Numbered from the stretch's first letter, positions 50,590 through 63,755 are shown. The stretch: DNA of 64,000 bases from Octopus sinensis (GCF_006345805.1 NC_043011.1:58912464-58976463), one strand, 5' to 3'. Numbers and translations: made by a program. Notes: generated by a model not told the origin, from the sequence alone.

Positions 50590-51215
50590 GTTGGACCAGC
50601 AATGCCGGTGCAGGGTGTAAGTCGATATATATGGACCCCATTTCCCAAATGGTACTTATTCTATCAACCCCGAAATAATGAAAGGAAATGTCGACGTCGG
50701 TGGAATTTGAGCTTAGAAAGTAAAAGGCGGACGAAATGCTGCCAAGCCTCTTGCCCAGCATGGTCATGAATCGGTCAGGTTGCCACCAATAATCGGCTTT
50801 TACTAATGGTTTTAAATTTTTAGATAAGGTCGGCAGTTTTTGAAGGGATGGCGTGGTCGATTACATCAACCCCAGTTTTAAATGATACTTATTTAATCGA
50901 CCCGATAAGGATGAAAGTAAGGTCGACGTAGGAGAAATGTGAGCTCAGAACGCAAAAGGGACGAACTATCGCGAGGTATTTTGTTCGGTATGCTAACATT
51001 TATAACAGCTCACCGCATTAAATTAATTAATATTCTTTTCTACTTAAGGCACCAGGCCTGCAATTTGCGGGGAGGGGACAAGTCGATTACATCGACTCTG
51101 AAGGATGAAAGGCAAAGTCGACCACAGTAGAATTTAATCTGAGATCGTCAGGACGGAAGAAATGCCGCTAACCATTCTCTCCGGGGTACAAACGATTCTG
51201 GCAGCTTGCCTCCTT
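50590..51215 (-). mobile_element. Cluster of three older SINE family A copies
   Basis: Repeated gtcgat(t)acatc.ac..., gatgaaag(g)caaagtcgac and atttga.ct.agaacg blocks. Confidence 0.75.
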
Positions 51216-51990
51216 AAATTAATTATTAATAATACTAGTAAATTTTCAAAGTTTAAGGCTTTTTATCTCGGGTGATTATTTAAATAAATTACCATTGTTA
51301 CCAGCTTTCACTTAACTACAGTTTACATTTGTAGCAGCATTTTGTTTCCTAAAGATGGTAGCTTCAATCCGTTTTGAATAAAAGTATATTTTCAGTGGAT
51401 GCTGCCAACTGTCAAAATCAACAATTTGAATTAAGTTTTTAAATATTAATTTTAATATAGCTTCAATATTAGTCAATTAAAATATATTGTTTTTGACAGT
51501 TAATTAGTGTGGTTAAAGGAAGTTTAACAGCCACGAATAATGCCTTGAATTCAAATAGAGAACATTTAAAACTAGAAACTTTTCCCAGGCCTTGGCGTCT
51601 GATCTTTTCATAGTATTTCTTATTCAGCTTGTGGCATGTAGCTTGTTTGCTTATTTAAACTTGCTGTTGCTATTTGCATTTGCTTCCGCATTATTGATCG
51701 ATGTATGCTTCTATTTCTTTGTTATGATGTGGAAACAAGCTTTCGGCAATGTTTGATGTCTCTATTTTTGTTTTTGCTTTAATTGTTCCTTTTCAATTTT
51801 ATAATTCCTTGTTTGAATAGAAAGACAATCACAGTAGATTCCACAAATCTAACACTTTAAAGAATCACTAAAGAAAACATGTATATTATAACATAGACTT
51901 AATTGGGAACGAAAAAGGAAGGAAACAATGAGATAAAAGCCCACAAATGCAATGTTGTGAATGAAAAGATAACTTTAAAATTATTCGTGG

Positions 51991-52320
51991 CACACCGTCG
52001 GTTACGACGACGAGGTTTGCAGTTGATTCAATCAGCGGAACAGCCGGCTTGTGAAATTAACGTGCAAGTGGCTGAGCATTCCACAGACACGTATACCCTA
52101 AACGTAGTTCTCGGGGAGATTCAGCGTGCTACAGAGTGTGACAAGGCTGGTCTTTTGAAATACAAGAGAAACATGAAAGAGTGAGAGAAATTGTGAGGTA
52201 AGAGTACAGCAGGTTCAACCCCCCCCCCACTGCTGAAGCGTCATGGATCTTTAGTTGTTTTCGCTCAATAAACACTCAAAACGCCCGACCTGGGAATCGA
52301 AACCGCTTTCTCACGAACGG
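51991..52320 (-). mobile_element. SINE family C copy
   Basis: Reverse complement of the 21618 body (ccgtcggttacgacgacgagg...gcttgtgaaattaacgtg...ctgggaatcgaaaccgc). Confidence 0.85.
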
Positions 52321-53092
52321 TCACATTTAGCGGAAACAGAATCATGTATACGCCTCCGTGCATATTCAGGCATCTGCTTCAGTATCTTTGGCCTGGTTTA
52401 ATCTCATTCAGTTGCGCGTCTTTCTCTCTGCTTTTGTGCCTTTGCTGCTAAATCAAAATTTTTCCACCGTATCTTATAAGTGAAAGTTCGTTAAAAACTT
52501 ACTTAGCGTGCTAGAAATAGCAGCCATCACGTAGTAATTATTGTAAGGCTTATAGCCTTCTTAGCAGCCATATCATTAAAATCAGTTCTCCGTTAAAAAA
52601 AAAAAATCAGCGGTATATTAAAGAATTTTCATTATATAAAAATATTCAATTAACGAACTCCGGAAATTGATAATATTTTTGAAATTGTGTCTCGTATTAA
52701 AGTTATACGGCTTTTTTGTAAACATTTTCATTAATAAAAATTGAGGTGAGCGAGAATGATTGACTGTTACAAATGAAAACGTCGAATGTTGCCTGCAACG
52801 AATTAATATATTTTTTATTATTACACACGAAAAAAAAAATCTACTTCACAATATATGCAATAAATATTTGAATTTATGAAGAATTGGACGCAGTAAATGC
52901 AATGAATATTTAAGTTTACCAGAATTTGTAGTTAAGAAAATTGAATAAACTTCAGAAATCGTAATTACAGGAAATTTCTAAGAAAATGAATTTATAGAAA
53001 TATTTCCAGGCGGTCAGGCTTTTAATATTGCTTTCTTTTAGTACTTTTCATAATTGTTACATACCTAATGAATAAACAGCTTCTCCATTATA

Positions 53093-53137
<45 letters not shown>

Positions 53138-53302
53138 CATCTCACTAAATTTATCCAGCTTTTGTGTATCTAGTGCACTCTTCGCCTTGAATGTAATTAT
53201 ATATGAATAATATATGGCGTGTACTGGTACACCGGCGATTATAATTAATTTTATTGTATCGCATTTAACTTTGTTTACATATATATATATATATAAATAT
53301 AT

Positions 53303-53622
53303 ATATGTTTCGGGCCTTTATTAGACGGATTTATAACAATGCATAATGTGCGTCTGTGGCCTTCTTCAGCCGCGCACAACTACTTCTTCAAGGATATGTG
53401 TTACATCAAAAATTCTTGGTTGGGGATGCAAATCCTCTCATTCGCGTACGACGTAATGTGGCAACAGCATAAAAATGAAGCGTCCGAGAGGATTTGCATC
53501 CCCAAACAAGAATTTTTGATGTAATACATGTCCTTGAAGAAGTAGTTGTGCGCGGCTGAAGAAGGCCACAGACGCACATTATGCATTGTTATAAATCCGT
53601 CTAATAAAGGCCCGAAACATAT
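53303..53622. repeat. Fold-back: 137-bp inverted arms (53303-53439 and 53486-53622), 46-nt loop
   Basis: About three mismatches between the arms; (TA)n on the left. Confidence 0.95.
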
Positions 53623-53629
53623 GTACCGC
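53552..53629 (+). ncRNA. Type-I hammerhead ribozyme candidate (Penelope-like minimal type)
   Basis: Stem I GCGG(53552-55)/CCGC(53626-29); CTGAAGA 53556-62; stem II GGCC/GGCC (A-C opposition at its base) plus inner AGACG/CGTCT; GAAA 53614-17; palindromic stem III ACATATGT; GUA site at 53625. Confidence 0.7.
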
Positions 53630-53744
53630 TGAATCCTTGGCATCATGTTTTTATTTTGATTAATTTACTCCACCACCTACACCACCAAACGGTATATACA
53701 GGTGCTTACAATTATCAAGTACTCACCCCGAATTTCTATATATG

Positions 53745-53830
<86 letters not shown>

Positions 53831-54009
53831 GTATATACGTTAATATATTTGTTGTGCAAGATTTTTTATTGGCTAAACTGGCAAAATGGCCATTCCGAAA
53901 TATAACAATACATATTTATATATATATATATTTATGCATACATATATATATATAGTTATATGTATGTATGTATGCATGTGTGTATGTATGTATGTATGCA
54001 TGTATATAT

Positions 54010-54732
54010 TGATTCAGATGAATATGGTACTTAAGTCAAAGGCACCAGAATTTTGTATGGTATTATCCATATAAATCAAATGGGGTGATTATAATCAAAA
54101 TAAGCAACAAGTATATCCGAGGTAGAGCAGTAGAATTGTTTCAAGCTACTTTATTTTATTAAACACTGAATGTATTATATCAGTTTTAAAATGTCGAGCA
54201 ATCTTCAACCACTTATAGAATTTTCCAGTCAAACGGACAATGTATATTCTTATCTCTATTTCATTTGCCAACATTGTAAAGAGGGGAGATATATAGACAG
54301 AGGGGTTCATTTCATGCTTAAGAACGTGATAGTAGCAAATTCACTCTTTGACTGTGGATTTTAGCATTGAGTTTACTTTGTTATTTAGATCTGTCAGTGG
54401 GGAGGGTGATTCTATTTTTGGTTGGATGGAGACAAAGAATATTTTCTCTTTATAGATATAGGAAGGAGTAGTACAAATGTCAAAACCATAAACCTATTCC
54501 AATTGTGAGGAATCCAGTTAAGACATATTTGAATGTATTATAACAAAAAGCTAGTAGGTTGACGTTAGAGGGGTAGTGCTCTAGATATTTTAATGTCCCT
54601 TACCAATTGACATCCAGATTCCATATTAAGAAATCTAAGTAAGTATTCTTTAGACAATTTCCTAAATAATTTCAATAAATATTTGTATCTTATATAGGGA
54701 TAGAACAAAATATAGAAATCATTTTCTATTTA

Positions 54733-54776
<44 letters not shown>

Positions 54777-55950
54777 ATTTCTATTAATATATAATCATAA
54801 TTAGCTAGCAAATGGAGATTTTTTAATGAGATGAATTAAAAGAAAGTGTTAAACATAATATCTACTAACTGTGGAAATAAAACTTTATTAATTTAGCACA
54901 TATCTCAGGACTCAATAAGATATATCAAAAAGTATTGGAAGGGAGGTAATCAAGTTGAACCAAGTAATTTCTCTAGATATATAGAATTTGTTTTGTAATT
55001 ATTTCCTATTAATATACCTTTGTTTCTGTTAATATAGAATCATAATTAGCTAGTAAATGGTGAATTGCTTTATTAATTAATGAGTCGAATTAAAAGAATA
55101 TGTTAGACATAATATTTACTAGCTGAGGAGAAAAACTTTAACAATTTATTAAATATATCAGGAGTCCATAAGATATATTAAAAAGTAATGGAAGGGAGGT
55201 AATCAAAATGAAACAAGTAATTTCCCTAAATATATCGAATTTTTTTCCATCTAATATAGGAGAGTAAAAAAAAAATATAATTTCATTATATAATGAAATT
55301 CCGTAGGGATAACTTTAAAAAGGGACTGAATCGCACTGTTAACATATGGGAGGCACGGTATTGACTTAGAAACCCTTAATATACCAGGTAGAACATTACG
55401 GTGGTGTAATGAAATACGATGTAGCAACCAACAATTAATCAGAATGATTCCAGTTTGAGCAAATGCTAAAGTCCTAGAGTAATAAATGTAGTTTGAAAGT
55501 AATTGAGATTTGTAGTCTGTTTGTCCCTTGTCATTAGTTACCTATCCTGCGTTATAATTTCAAATATTTTGCTGGGTATGGGCTATATTCCAATCATAAT
55601 GCTTTAAAAGTATCAATTTTTCTTCAACCTAAAATGTATCGAACAAATGTCATAATTTTTGCAAACCATTAAATAACATTCCATTGTAAAAATTCCAAAT
55701 AATATCTTCATTACATTTTATAAAATAATGGATATTACTTAATACTTTTACGTTGAAAACAGAGATTTTACACTAATTCCACACATTAGGGAATATATTA
55801 TATAGGTATATTTCATCTTGCATAAAGTTCATTTCCAAAGTATTCTACAGAATTTTATATCAATTGGAATTTCATCCCTCTCATCTAATTAAGCCCTTTG
55901 CAACATGTTTTGTTGTCTTTATTTTGAGGATAAATAAACATAATTATTAT
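54010..55950 (-). mobile_element. Highly decayed retroelement, probably Penelope-like (RT, linker and Cys motif before GIY-YIG)
   Basis: Minus-strand relics GNELY..NIPI, FYK..xEDII, REITWFN(PPF), DIFNK...MSNI and GK*NRDKNIHCPFDWK; 3' part homologous to 57778-57890. Confidence 0.4.
54776..55260. repeat. Diverged tandem duplication of ~245 bp
   Basis: Both units contain aatcataattagctag.aaatgg...ataagatatat.aaaaagta.tggaagggaggtaatcaa. Confidence 0.9.
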
Positions 55951-56916
55951 CAAAATCATCCATTTCATTTTTAATATCATTATATTAAGTGCACTTCTCC
56001 AATGTTCGTTAACGGAATAGTTTTCCCGTGTCGATTAATTATAGTTTTTCTCATTAAATTTGCAATAAAAACCGATCCGTCATTTTGAAATTAGTATATT
56101 TCAGCTACTAATAAGATATGAAAATAAGGACACATTCAAATGCCTGGTATTTGATATACATACATACACAAACGCAGATATGTGCGTGTGGCCGAAGAGA
56201 TAGATACATATTATAAATAAATAAACGTATATATACACACACAAATATACATGTATAGGTCTATACGTATGTGTGTATGTGTATGCGGGTATGTGTGTAT
56301 GTATGTATATGTTAAGTATACTTATGTGCATATTGCGCATACGCCACAAGTGTTTGTGTGCTGCAACTTCCACTACTGGTATACCCTCTACGGCTGCTCC
56401 TTCCATTGAAGAACAAGGGAAACCCACTCCCATTAAAGCTAAAATTTCTACATTTCTGCCCGACTGACTGAATTCTTATTTATTTTGCAACTACTGCTCC
56501 TGTTTGTGGCGTTGGTACAGGATCTACTCTGGACACTACTACCATTACTAGGACTAATAGTTCTACTATTTCCATAATACGAATCAGTCCTTCATACCAA
56601 CCATGTTGTTAAGACGACCATCGCTTCAAAGACTCAAGGTATTACAATTAATAGTCACCAGCTTCTAGAACGAGACCAATAGTCACAATCATGTGACTTT
56701 TTCCAGAATACATGCAAATGTGTAAAATACTAAAAAAAATCGATTTAATTTATATCATTTCATTCTCTTTTCTGTCTGAATGACTAGATCTTTGTAAAGA
56801 AGTTAAACCGAGTGCATGATTAGGTAACAATGTAATTGTTCTCCTTTTTTTACTCATCATAAATTTCTCAAGTTAAATGTTTATGTAAATATACTCGTTT
56901 GTAAACACTTAAATCT

Positions 56917-56996
<80 letters not shown>

Positions 56997-57003
<7 letters not shown>

Positions 57004-57212
57004 ATCACGTGACCGACCAGACCATCAGAAGAAAGAGTGGGAGAAAGATTGGTGAAAGAGTACAGCAGGGATCACCACCCCCTGCCGGAGCCTCGTGGAA
57101 CTTTTAGGTGTTTTCTCTCAATAAACATACACAACGCCCGGTCTGGGAATCGAAACCGCGATCCTCTGACCGCGAGTCCGCTGCCCTAACCACTGGGCCA
57201 TTGCGCCTCCAC
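56997..57212 (-). mobile_element. SINE family C variant (internally deleted)
   Basis: Reverse complement head gtggaggcgcaatggcccagtggttagggcagcggactcgcggtcagaggatcgcggtttcgattccc; tail ggtcacgtgatcacgtga. Confidence 0.88.
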
Positions 57213-57429
57213 ACACACACACACACATACACACACACACACATATATATTTATATATATATATATGTACATATATGAGGTAGAACTTAGAGGTATTTAA
57301 ACTAAACCCCCAAAAGGATAGATGTATCCAAATGCACTTCAGGTAATTACCTCAGTAAGTATGGTCCTTCGTATAAGGTATAATGCAGCAGGTAATTTAA
57401 AAGGTAAACCGTATTTCTTATATATATAA

Positions 57430-57468
57430 ATATCTATCTATCTATCTGTATATCTGTCTATCTATCTA

Positions 57469-57555
<87 letters not shown>

Positions 57556-57601
57556 CTATCTATCTATCTATCTAATCTATCTATCTATCTATCTATATCT
57601 A

Positions 57602-57647
<46 letters not shown>

Positions 57648-57710
57648 ATCTATCTATCTATCTATCTATCTATCTCTATCTATCTATCTAATCTATCTAT
57701 CTATCTATAT
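57430..57710. repeat. Long interrupted (ATCT)n tract
   Basis: Read directly. Confidence 0.95.
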
Positions 57711-57728
57711 ATATATATATATATATAT

Positions 57729-57797
57729 ATAGGAAAAAAGCAACAAGAATGGATCAATATATCGATATATTGATCCATCTTGTTGCTTTTTTCCTAT
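57729..57797. repeat. 69-bp palindrome with no loop and one bulged A
   Basis: ataggaaaaaagcaacaaga-a-tggatcaatatatc|gatatattgatcca-tcttgttgcttttttcctat. Confidence 0.95.
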
Positions 57798-58439
57798 TTG
57801 TAATCACCCCACTTTGTCGTATGGTTAACACCATATAGATTTCCGGTGCATCCAAATTAAGTACCATATTCATGTGAATTCATTAGAACTCACTTGAATC
57901 TCAATTGCTTAAACCGTATATATATATATATATATATATATATGGGAGGGGTGCATGTGAGCATGTGTGTGTGTCTGACTTAGTGTGTGTATAACAAGAC
58001 ACATGCACGTGTAAGTATTTAGAAATGCATGTGTGTTTGGATCGGCATGTGCATCGGCGTATACACATATACATTTGAAGTTGTGTTGGTGCTTCAATAT
58101 TTTGTGTGCTATCATGCGCATTCACATAGACAATCCACTAAAACCTTCCTAAGAACAAACTTGTTCTATTATTTATTATATTTAATACAGTTTGTTTGAG
58201 GAAAGTATAACTGTTATTAATGATCGTTATTGATGCAAATATAGTATTATACGTTATTAATATGTCAGTTTATCATGTTGCATAATTCATCGTTAATTTT
58301 CGAACAAGATATTAGTTTGTGCCACACTTTAAGCCTTTCAGTTACGCAGAAACAAATGCTTTTTAAATAATTCACAACATGAATATTCAAAATGTTTTGA
58401 TATATTGTTTATATAGTGTTTATAATTGTGCAAGCTTTG

Positions 58440-58684
58440 TTTAAACATGGAGTGAATCGCAGCCGAAATTAGTATGTCCTCCCTTTCATTGGCCTGTGCG
58501 ATCACTATGTTACTAATATATGCACATTTGTTTTCTGTCCTTGTTTTTTCTGTGTCCCTTTCTGTAGAAGAGCGTAGGCTCGAAACGTAAAAGACTTTTT
58601 CTCTTCCTGAGCGTTATACTAATACATCTGTTTGTTTTGTACACAACCTGCCTTCGTCTTTTGTTTTTTTTCGTAAACTCTCCC

Positions 58685-58685
<1 letters not shown>
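58440..58685 (+). mobile_element. Penelope-like terminal repeat fragment (diverged inverted partner at ~59500-59620)
   Basis: Contains a hammerhead-like fold and ends in (TA)n; acctgccttcgt.tttt... block recurs on the minus strand at 59500-59620. Confidence 0.6.
58558..58593 (+). ncRNA. Minimal hammerhead candidate, A6U core variant
   Basis: CTTT-CTGTAGA-A-GAGC(GTAG)GCTC-GAA-ACGT-A-AAAG: stem I CTTT/AAAG, perfect stem II, palindromic ACGT stem III, GUA site. Confidence 0.5.
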
Positions 58686-58746
<61 letters not shown>

Positions 58747-59626
58747 TGTGTGTGTGTGTGTGCGTGCGTGTGAGTGTGTGTGTGTGAGAGTGTGTGAATG
58801 TGTGTGTGTGTGTGTGGATATCTAAGTGAATGTTTTTTTAGCCTAAAGTAAGTTGTTTAACATAGTTGGTGGACGATCCGACTATAAATGTATGCAAATG
58901 ATTTCATTTTTGTGCATTAATACATAAGCTAACGCCTTGAACATTTAGCTGAGTTGTTTCTAAGATAACCCTTCATTTTGTGGGTCGGGGTTTTCTAAGA
59001 TAATCCTTCAAGAGCATTGCATTGTAATCGGTATCCTTTTGATTTAGTACCGACGGCACTTCGTACATTGAGGTAATAGTAGTCGTTGATATGCTATAGA
59101 AAGAGTACTTTTTCTGGATGTTATAGGCCACAGTTAAAAACCGTTTGATTAGAGAACGGTTGGCATTTTGAGCCACGGTCGTTAGGGTTGCACAGTCGGA
59201 AAGGAAATCAAAAACGTAAACTTGATGTATCTTTTGTACGTGTCGTTCGCCTAGGCTTTTAAACAAAATGACCAGTGTTCTTTGCACTGAATAACAGTAA
59301 CATTGTTCCCTTTCCTAGGACTGCCGCATTAAATTGGCTACAATCAATCACGTTATCGGGCTCTTACAGCGTAACTCTCTATGGGCGATTCAGAAATGTA
59401 ATATTTCTATTTCATTTTATATATCGAAAGATATTCAAAGAATGAAAGCAAGTTAACCTCGGATTGATCGGAAACAAATATCTGGACCCTTTCAGTTTTA
59501 TATATATATTTGAAAGTTTTATAAAAATAAAACACGAAGGCAGGTAAAGGAACAACAAGCAAGTGTACAAGTTTGACGCTGGGGAAAATTGAGAAAGTCC
59601 TTTACAGGGAAAGAATGGGAAAACAC

Positions 59627-59722
<96 letters not shown>

Positions 59723-61149
59723 ATAAATAAACATTTAAAAACATACATATTAAGTACAGGACATCACCAACGAGCGAAAGTTACGAAACACACAATGAGA
59801 GACAATCATGGGACAAAACTCTGAAAGCGTCTAACTCCTCCTCAGTCTTCGGCTCTTTATTACTCCCTGTTTCATGCTTTTAACGACACGACAGGAAGAC
59901 TTCATAAGACAGCTGTATCCAGAAAATAAAAAAAATATAAAATTTTGATTCCAGAGTGAACGTGCAGGTAAACGATCAAAGAAGGCAAACGTTTAGGGCC
60001 GTTAGGCAAAGTGGAATTGTAATGGGTAACGCATGGGAGAAATTTTCAAACGTTAAGTTTTTACAAAAAGAACAAAAGCGTACACTGCTATGGGATTGAT
60101 ATGAAAGCTACTCTTCTATTCGATACTTTGACCAAACTCAATGCAAATAGAAGAAATTGATTTTACGCCTTTATCAGCCGTGACTAATCGAGCAAAACAG
60201 AAGTCATCCAGTGCTTTCGCAAGTGTGATTCTCATAGCTTTTCCCAGCTCTTTTTTTTTTACCGCTAATTAAATTGCGCCAGTGACAGAGTACAGTGCCG
60301 CAAATAGGATAGAAATAGGATAGATATTAGTTGCCCTTTCACCCGTTTCCTTTTTTTCCATTGAACTCTGAATTGTACAATAATGTATATTCCTATATGA
60401 TTTGAAATAGTTTTCTAACAAACGCTTTATATAAGCAAAACGGGACCTTTGAATATGGAATTGGATCATGGATCGATAGGGAAGATTTATGAATAGTGTG
60501 TATTTTTGTTTGAAACAATTCTAAAAATTACCAATAATAAAAGAAATTTCGCACATTTGTATAATTTGCTATTTGAAATGTGTAAAGCATTTTGGAAGCT
60601 CAGTGAGTTGTGATTTTGATTTTAGTTCCGTCCTGTGTTCTTCAGTACTTTTGAACAAAAAGGAATACAGCTATTGGGTTTTTTTTTCTCTTCATATTAA
60701 TTCCAATTTATTTTCCTTTAGAAGTAAGATCAGACACTAGAGAAAAGCATTGCACAATTCGATATTTCGTTTGCCATTCTTGGACAATTTACAACATCAC
60801 ATCAGTATAGCGAGAGTATAATGCTTCTTTTTTTTTAATTTGAAAATGGCATAAATTCGAAGCATTTTCGATTCTGTGATTGATCTTTGGCTTCATTGTT
60901 TGACTATTTCTGATTGAATAAAAACATTCGATTGTATGATTCTTTTTGATGCTTCTATACAAACACTCTTAATTTAAGGCAACGCATATATGACACATTT
61001 AATGTTTAATTAAGATAGTAAATCAACTTTTAAAGACATTAAATCCATATGAACTCGAACCGGAGATGGCTAATTTTTGCCTGTATTTTACCCATCCCAT
61101 ACTTTATCTAGAAGAGATGAATATATAAATTTGGAGAGATAAATATAGT

Positions 61150-61650
61150 TTCTCTTCATGATCAAGTAAAATGTGAGATCCTTCTTTTGGTGGTTCTGTA
61201 GCCTAAAAGCAAACAATTCATTTAATAGGTTTCACGTAAAGTGGTGATAATTAATTATATGTAAGAAGACTTCTACATAGCAAAAGTCTTTAGAGAGAAT
61301 GTCTTGTGTGTCTGAGTAATGAATATTTTATGTCTCAGTGAGAGGAAGAACGTATGGACGGCAATAAATGGATGCAAAGATTTGCTTCTATAAGAATTTG
61401 ATTCATTCGCCAAATGTTGAAGAACGCAATGTTTTATAAGTGAGTTACTAGATCGAACAAAATGAAGATTGCCGATATACCGGGAATTTAAGATATTTCA
61501 CTGATGGGTTTTATCGATCAAAAGAATGATAGAATGGTTTTCGCATAACGCTTGCCTTAGATGTAGATGATCAAAGTATCCATTGCTATCCAGATATGCG
61601 CTAAGTTCCCTGTAGCCTTCTAGAGATCAGAATGTTACCTTCTATTTGTG
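61150..61650 (+). mobile_element. Decayed RTE-clade LINE fragment
   Basis: Relics KANNSFNRF..W, AKVFRENVL, FDSFAKC*R, DDQSI and AKFPV..RS follow the order of RTE ORF2 C-terminal motifs. Confidence 0.4.
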
Positions 61651-62812
61651 ATATTAACAATGTTTGTCTGAAATGAAGTTTTATGTTGCATGAACGAAAT
61701 AGAATTCGATAATATTAAAGTCTGTTCCAAAATGTGACAGTTAAATGTGATTTAGTTTGCTTGAAATAATATTTGTATTACTGTATTGTTAAACCGACAT
61801 TCGAAAATATGACGAAGCGCATCACAGCTGAAATATAATTAAAGTGAATGGAGGAAGACAGTTTCATCTGCGTAAGAATGGTTTGAATTAAAGGCAAATT
61901 TGAAATGTTGTATTACAGTAGTTGGACACACCACTGATAGGAAATGACGCTTTAAAATTGTTCTTCGCTAGAGAATACTTTCTATTCTCACTTTTAAATC
62001 TATAGCGGAGCAAATAAGTACACCATCTCTCTGCCAATTTATGTTCTGAGTTCATATGCTACTGATGTCGAGTTTGTCTTTCATCGTTTTGGAGTCGATA
62101 ACTTTGGTACCAGTTTAGTACTGGGGTCGATGTAATCAAGTTACCCATTCCCCCGAAAATTGTTGTTCTTACGCCGAAATGTGAAATTTTTCTTACATTG
62201 AGTTCAAATATTCGAAAACTACTTTTCTAAAATCATTTGTTGGCTCCAGCATAACGCGGTTCCCGTTGACATAAAACCAAATAGTTTTCAGGCTTGACCA
62301 TCCAGTAATTTTTAGAGGAAGACGGTGTCTGAGACAGCATTATTTGATGTAACTATGCCTTAAGACGTGGTAAAGTGCAATATGATGGAAATAAGATTTC
62401 TATTTCTGAAATATCAAGCAGTACGTAAATAATTTGATATTGAGAATCACAGATTAAGAATTTTAATTATAACATTAAATTAAAAGGAATACAATCATAA
62501 AATGTCGGTATACGATATCCAAATGTGGAGGTTTAGTAGAATCGAAACAGCAAAATAATATTTTGACGTATTAGTTTGGTGTTCTGCGCCAGGAGTTCAA
62601 ATCTTGGCCAAATCAGCATTAGCTTTGATAATTTCGACGGTGATAAATAAATAACCAGTCATGTACTGGTTTCCTACGTTCAAACCTCCTTCTTTCTTTC
62701 CTTTCCTGAGCGTCCACTAACACTATATTTGTCCCACGTCCTCGCGTTGTGGCGTTTTCTCTTTCTGTTTTCATGTTTGGATTAACTTTATATATATATA
62801 TATTATATATAT

Positions 62813-62843
<31 letters not shown>

Positions 62844-62844
<1 letters not shown>

Positions 62845-63221
62845 GGCGCAGGAGTGGTAAGTAGCTTGCTAAACAACCACATGGTTCCGGGTTCAGTCCC
62901 ACTGCGTGGCATCTTGGGCGAGTGTCTTCTGCTATAGCCCCTGGCCGACCAATGCCTTGTGAGTGGATTTGGTAGGCGGAAACTGAAAGAAGCCTGTCGT
63001 TTATATGTATATATATATGTGTATGTGTGCGTGTTTGACCCCCTAGCGTTGCCTGACAACCGATGCTGATGTGTTTACGTCCCCGTCACTTAGCGGTTCG
63101 GCAAAAGAGACTGATAGAATAAGTACTGGACTTACAAAGAATAAGTCTCGGGGTCGATTTGCTCGACTAAAGGCGGTGCTCCAGCATGGCCGCAGTCAAA
63201 TGACTGAAACAAGTAAAAGAG
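62844..63221 (+). mobile_element. SINE family B, near full length
   Basis: aggcgcaggagtggtaagtagcttgc...ggttccgggttcagtccc...ggcggtgctccagcatggccgcagtcaaatgactgaaacaagtaaaaga. Confidence 0.92.
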
Positions 63222-63237
63222 TATATATACACACACA

Positions 63238-63456
63238 ATTGCAGCGTGGAAGGTGTTTATAAGCCCTTTAAGAAACACACAAAAACCGTTAGATTCACTT
63301 CAACATGTAAATTTAATTTGTCGAAATATTTTCGTCGCTTTAAGACCGCGACCTGTTCACTGACAAAAATCCGTGCTGCATCTCGTTCCAGCACACGATC
63401 TCAGATCAAGTCACACGCTGTGCACGTACATCTCCGTAATATATACATATATATAT

Positions 63457-63521
<65 letters not shown>

Positions 63522-63567
63522 CTCAGATCTCAGATCAAGTCACTCGCTGTGCACGTACATCTCCGTA

Positions 63568-63636
<69 letters not shown>

Positions 63637-63700
63637 ATATACATATATATATATCTCAGATCTCAGATCAAGTCACTCGCTGTGCACGTACATCTCCGTA

Positions 63701-63755
<55 letters not shown>

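Noticed and set aside
20870-57212. tRNA-like A/B-box sequences (20870, 21618, 46990, 57212)
   Set aside because: They run straight into SINE bodies and give no complete cloverleaf, so they are SINE heads and not tRNA genes
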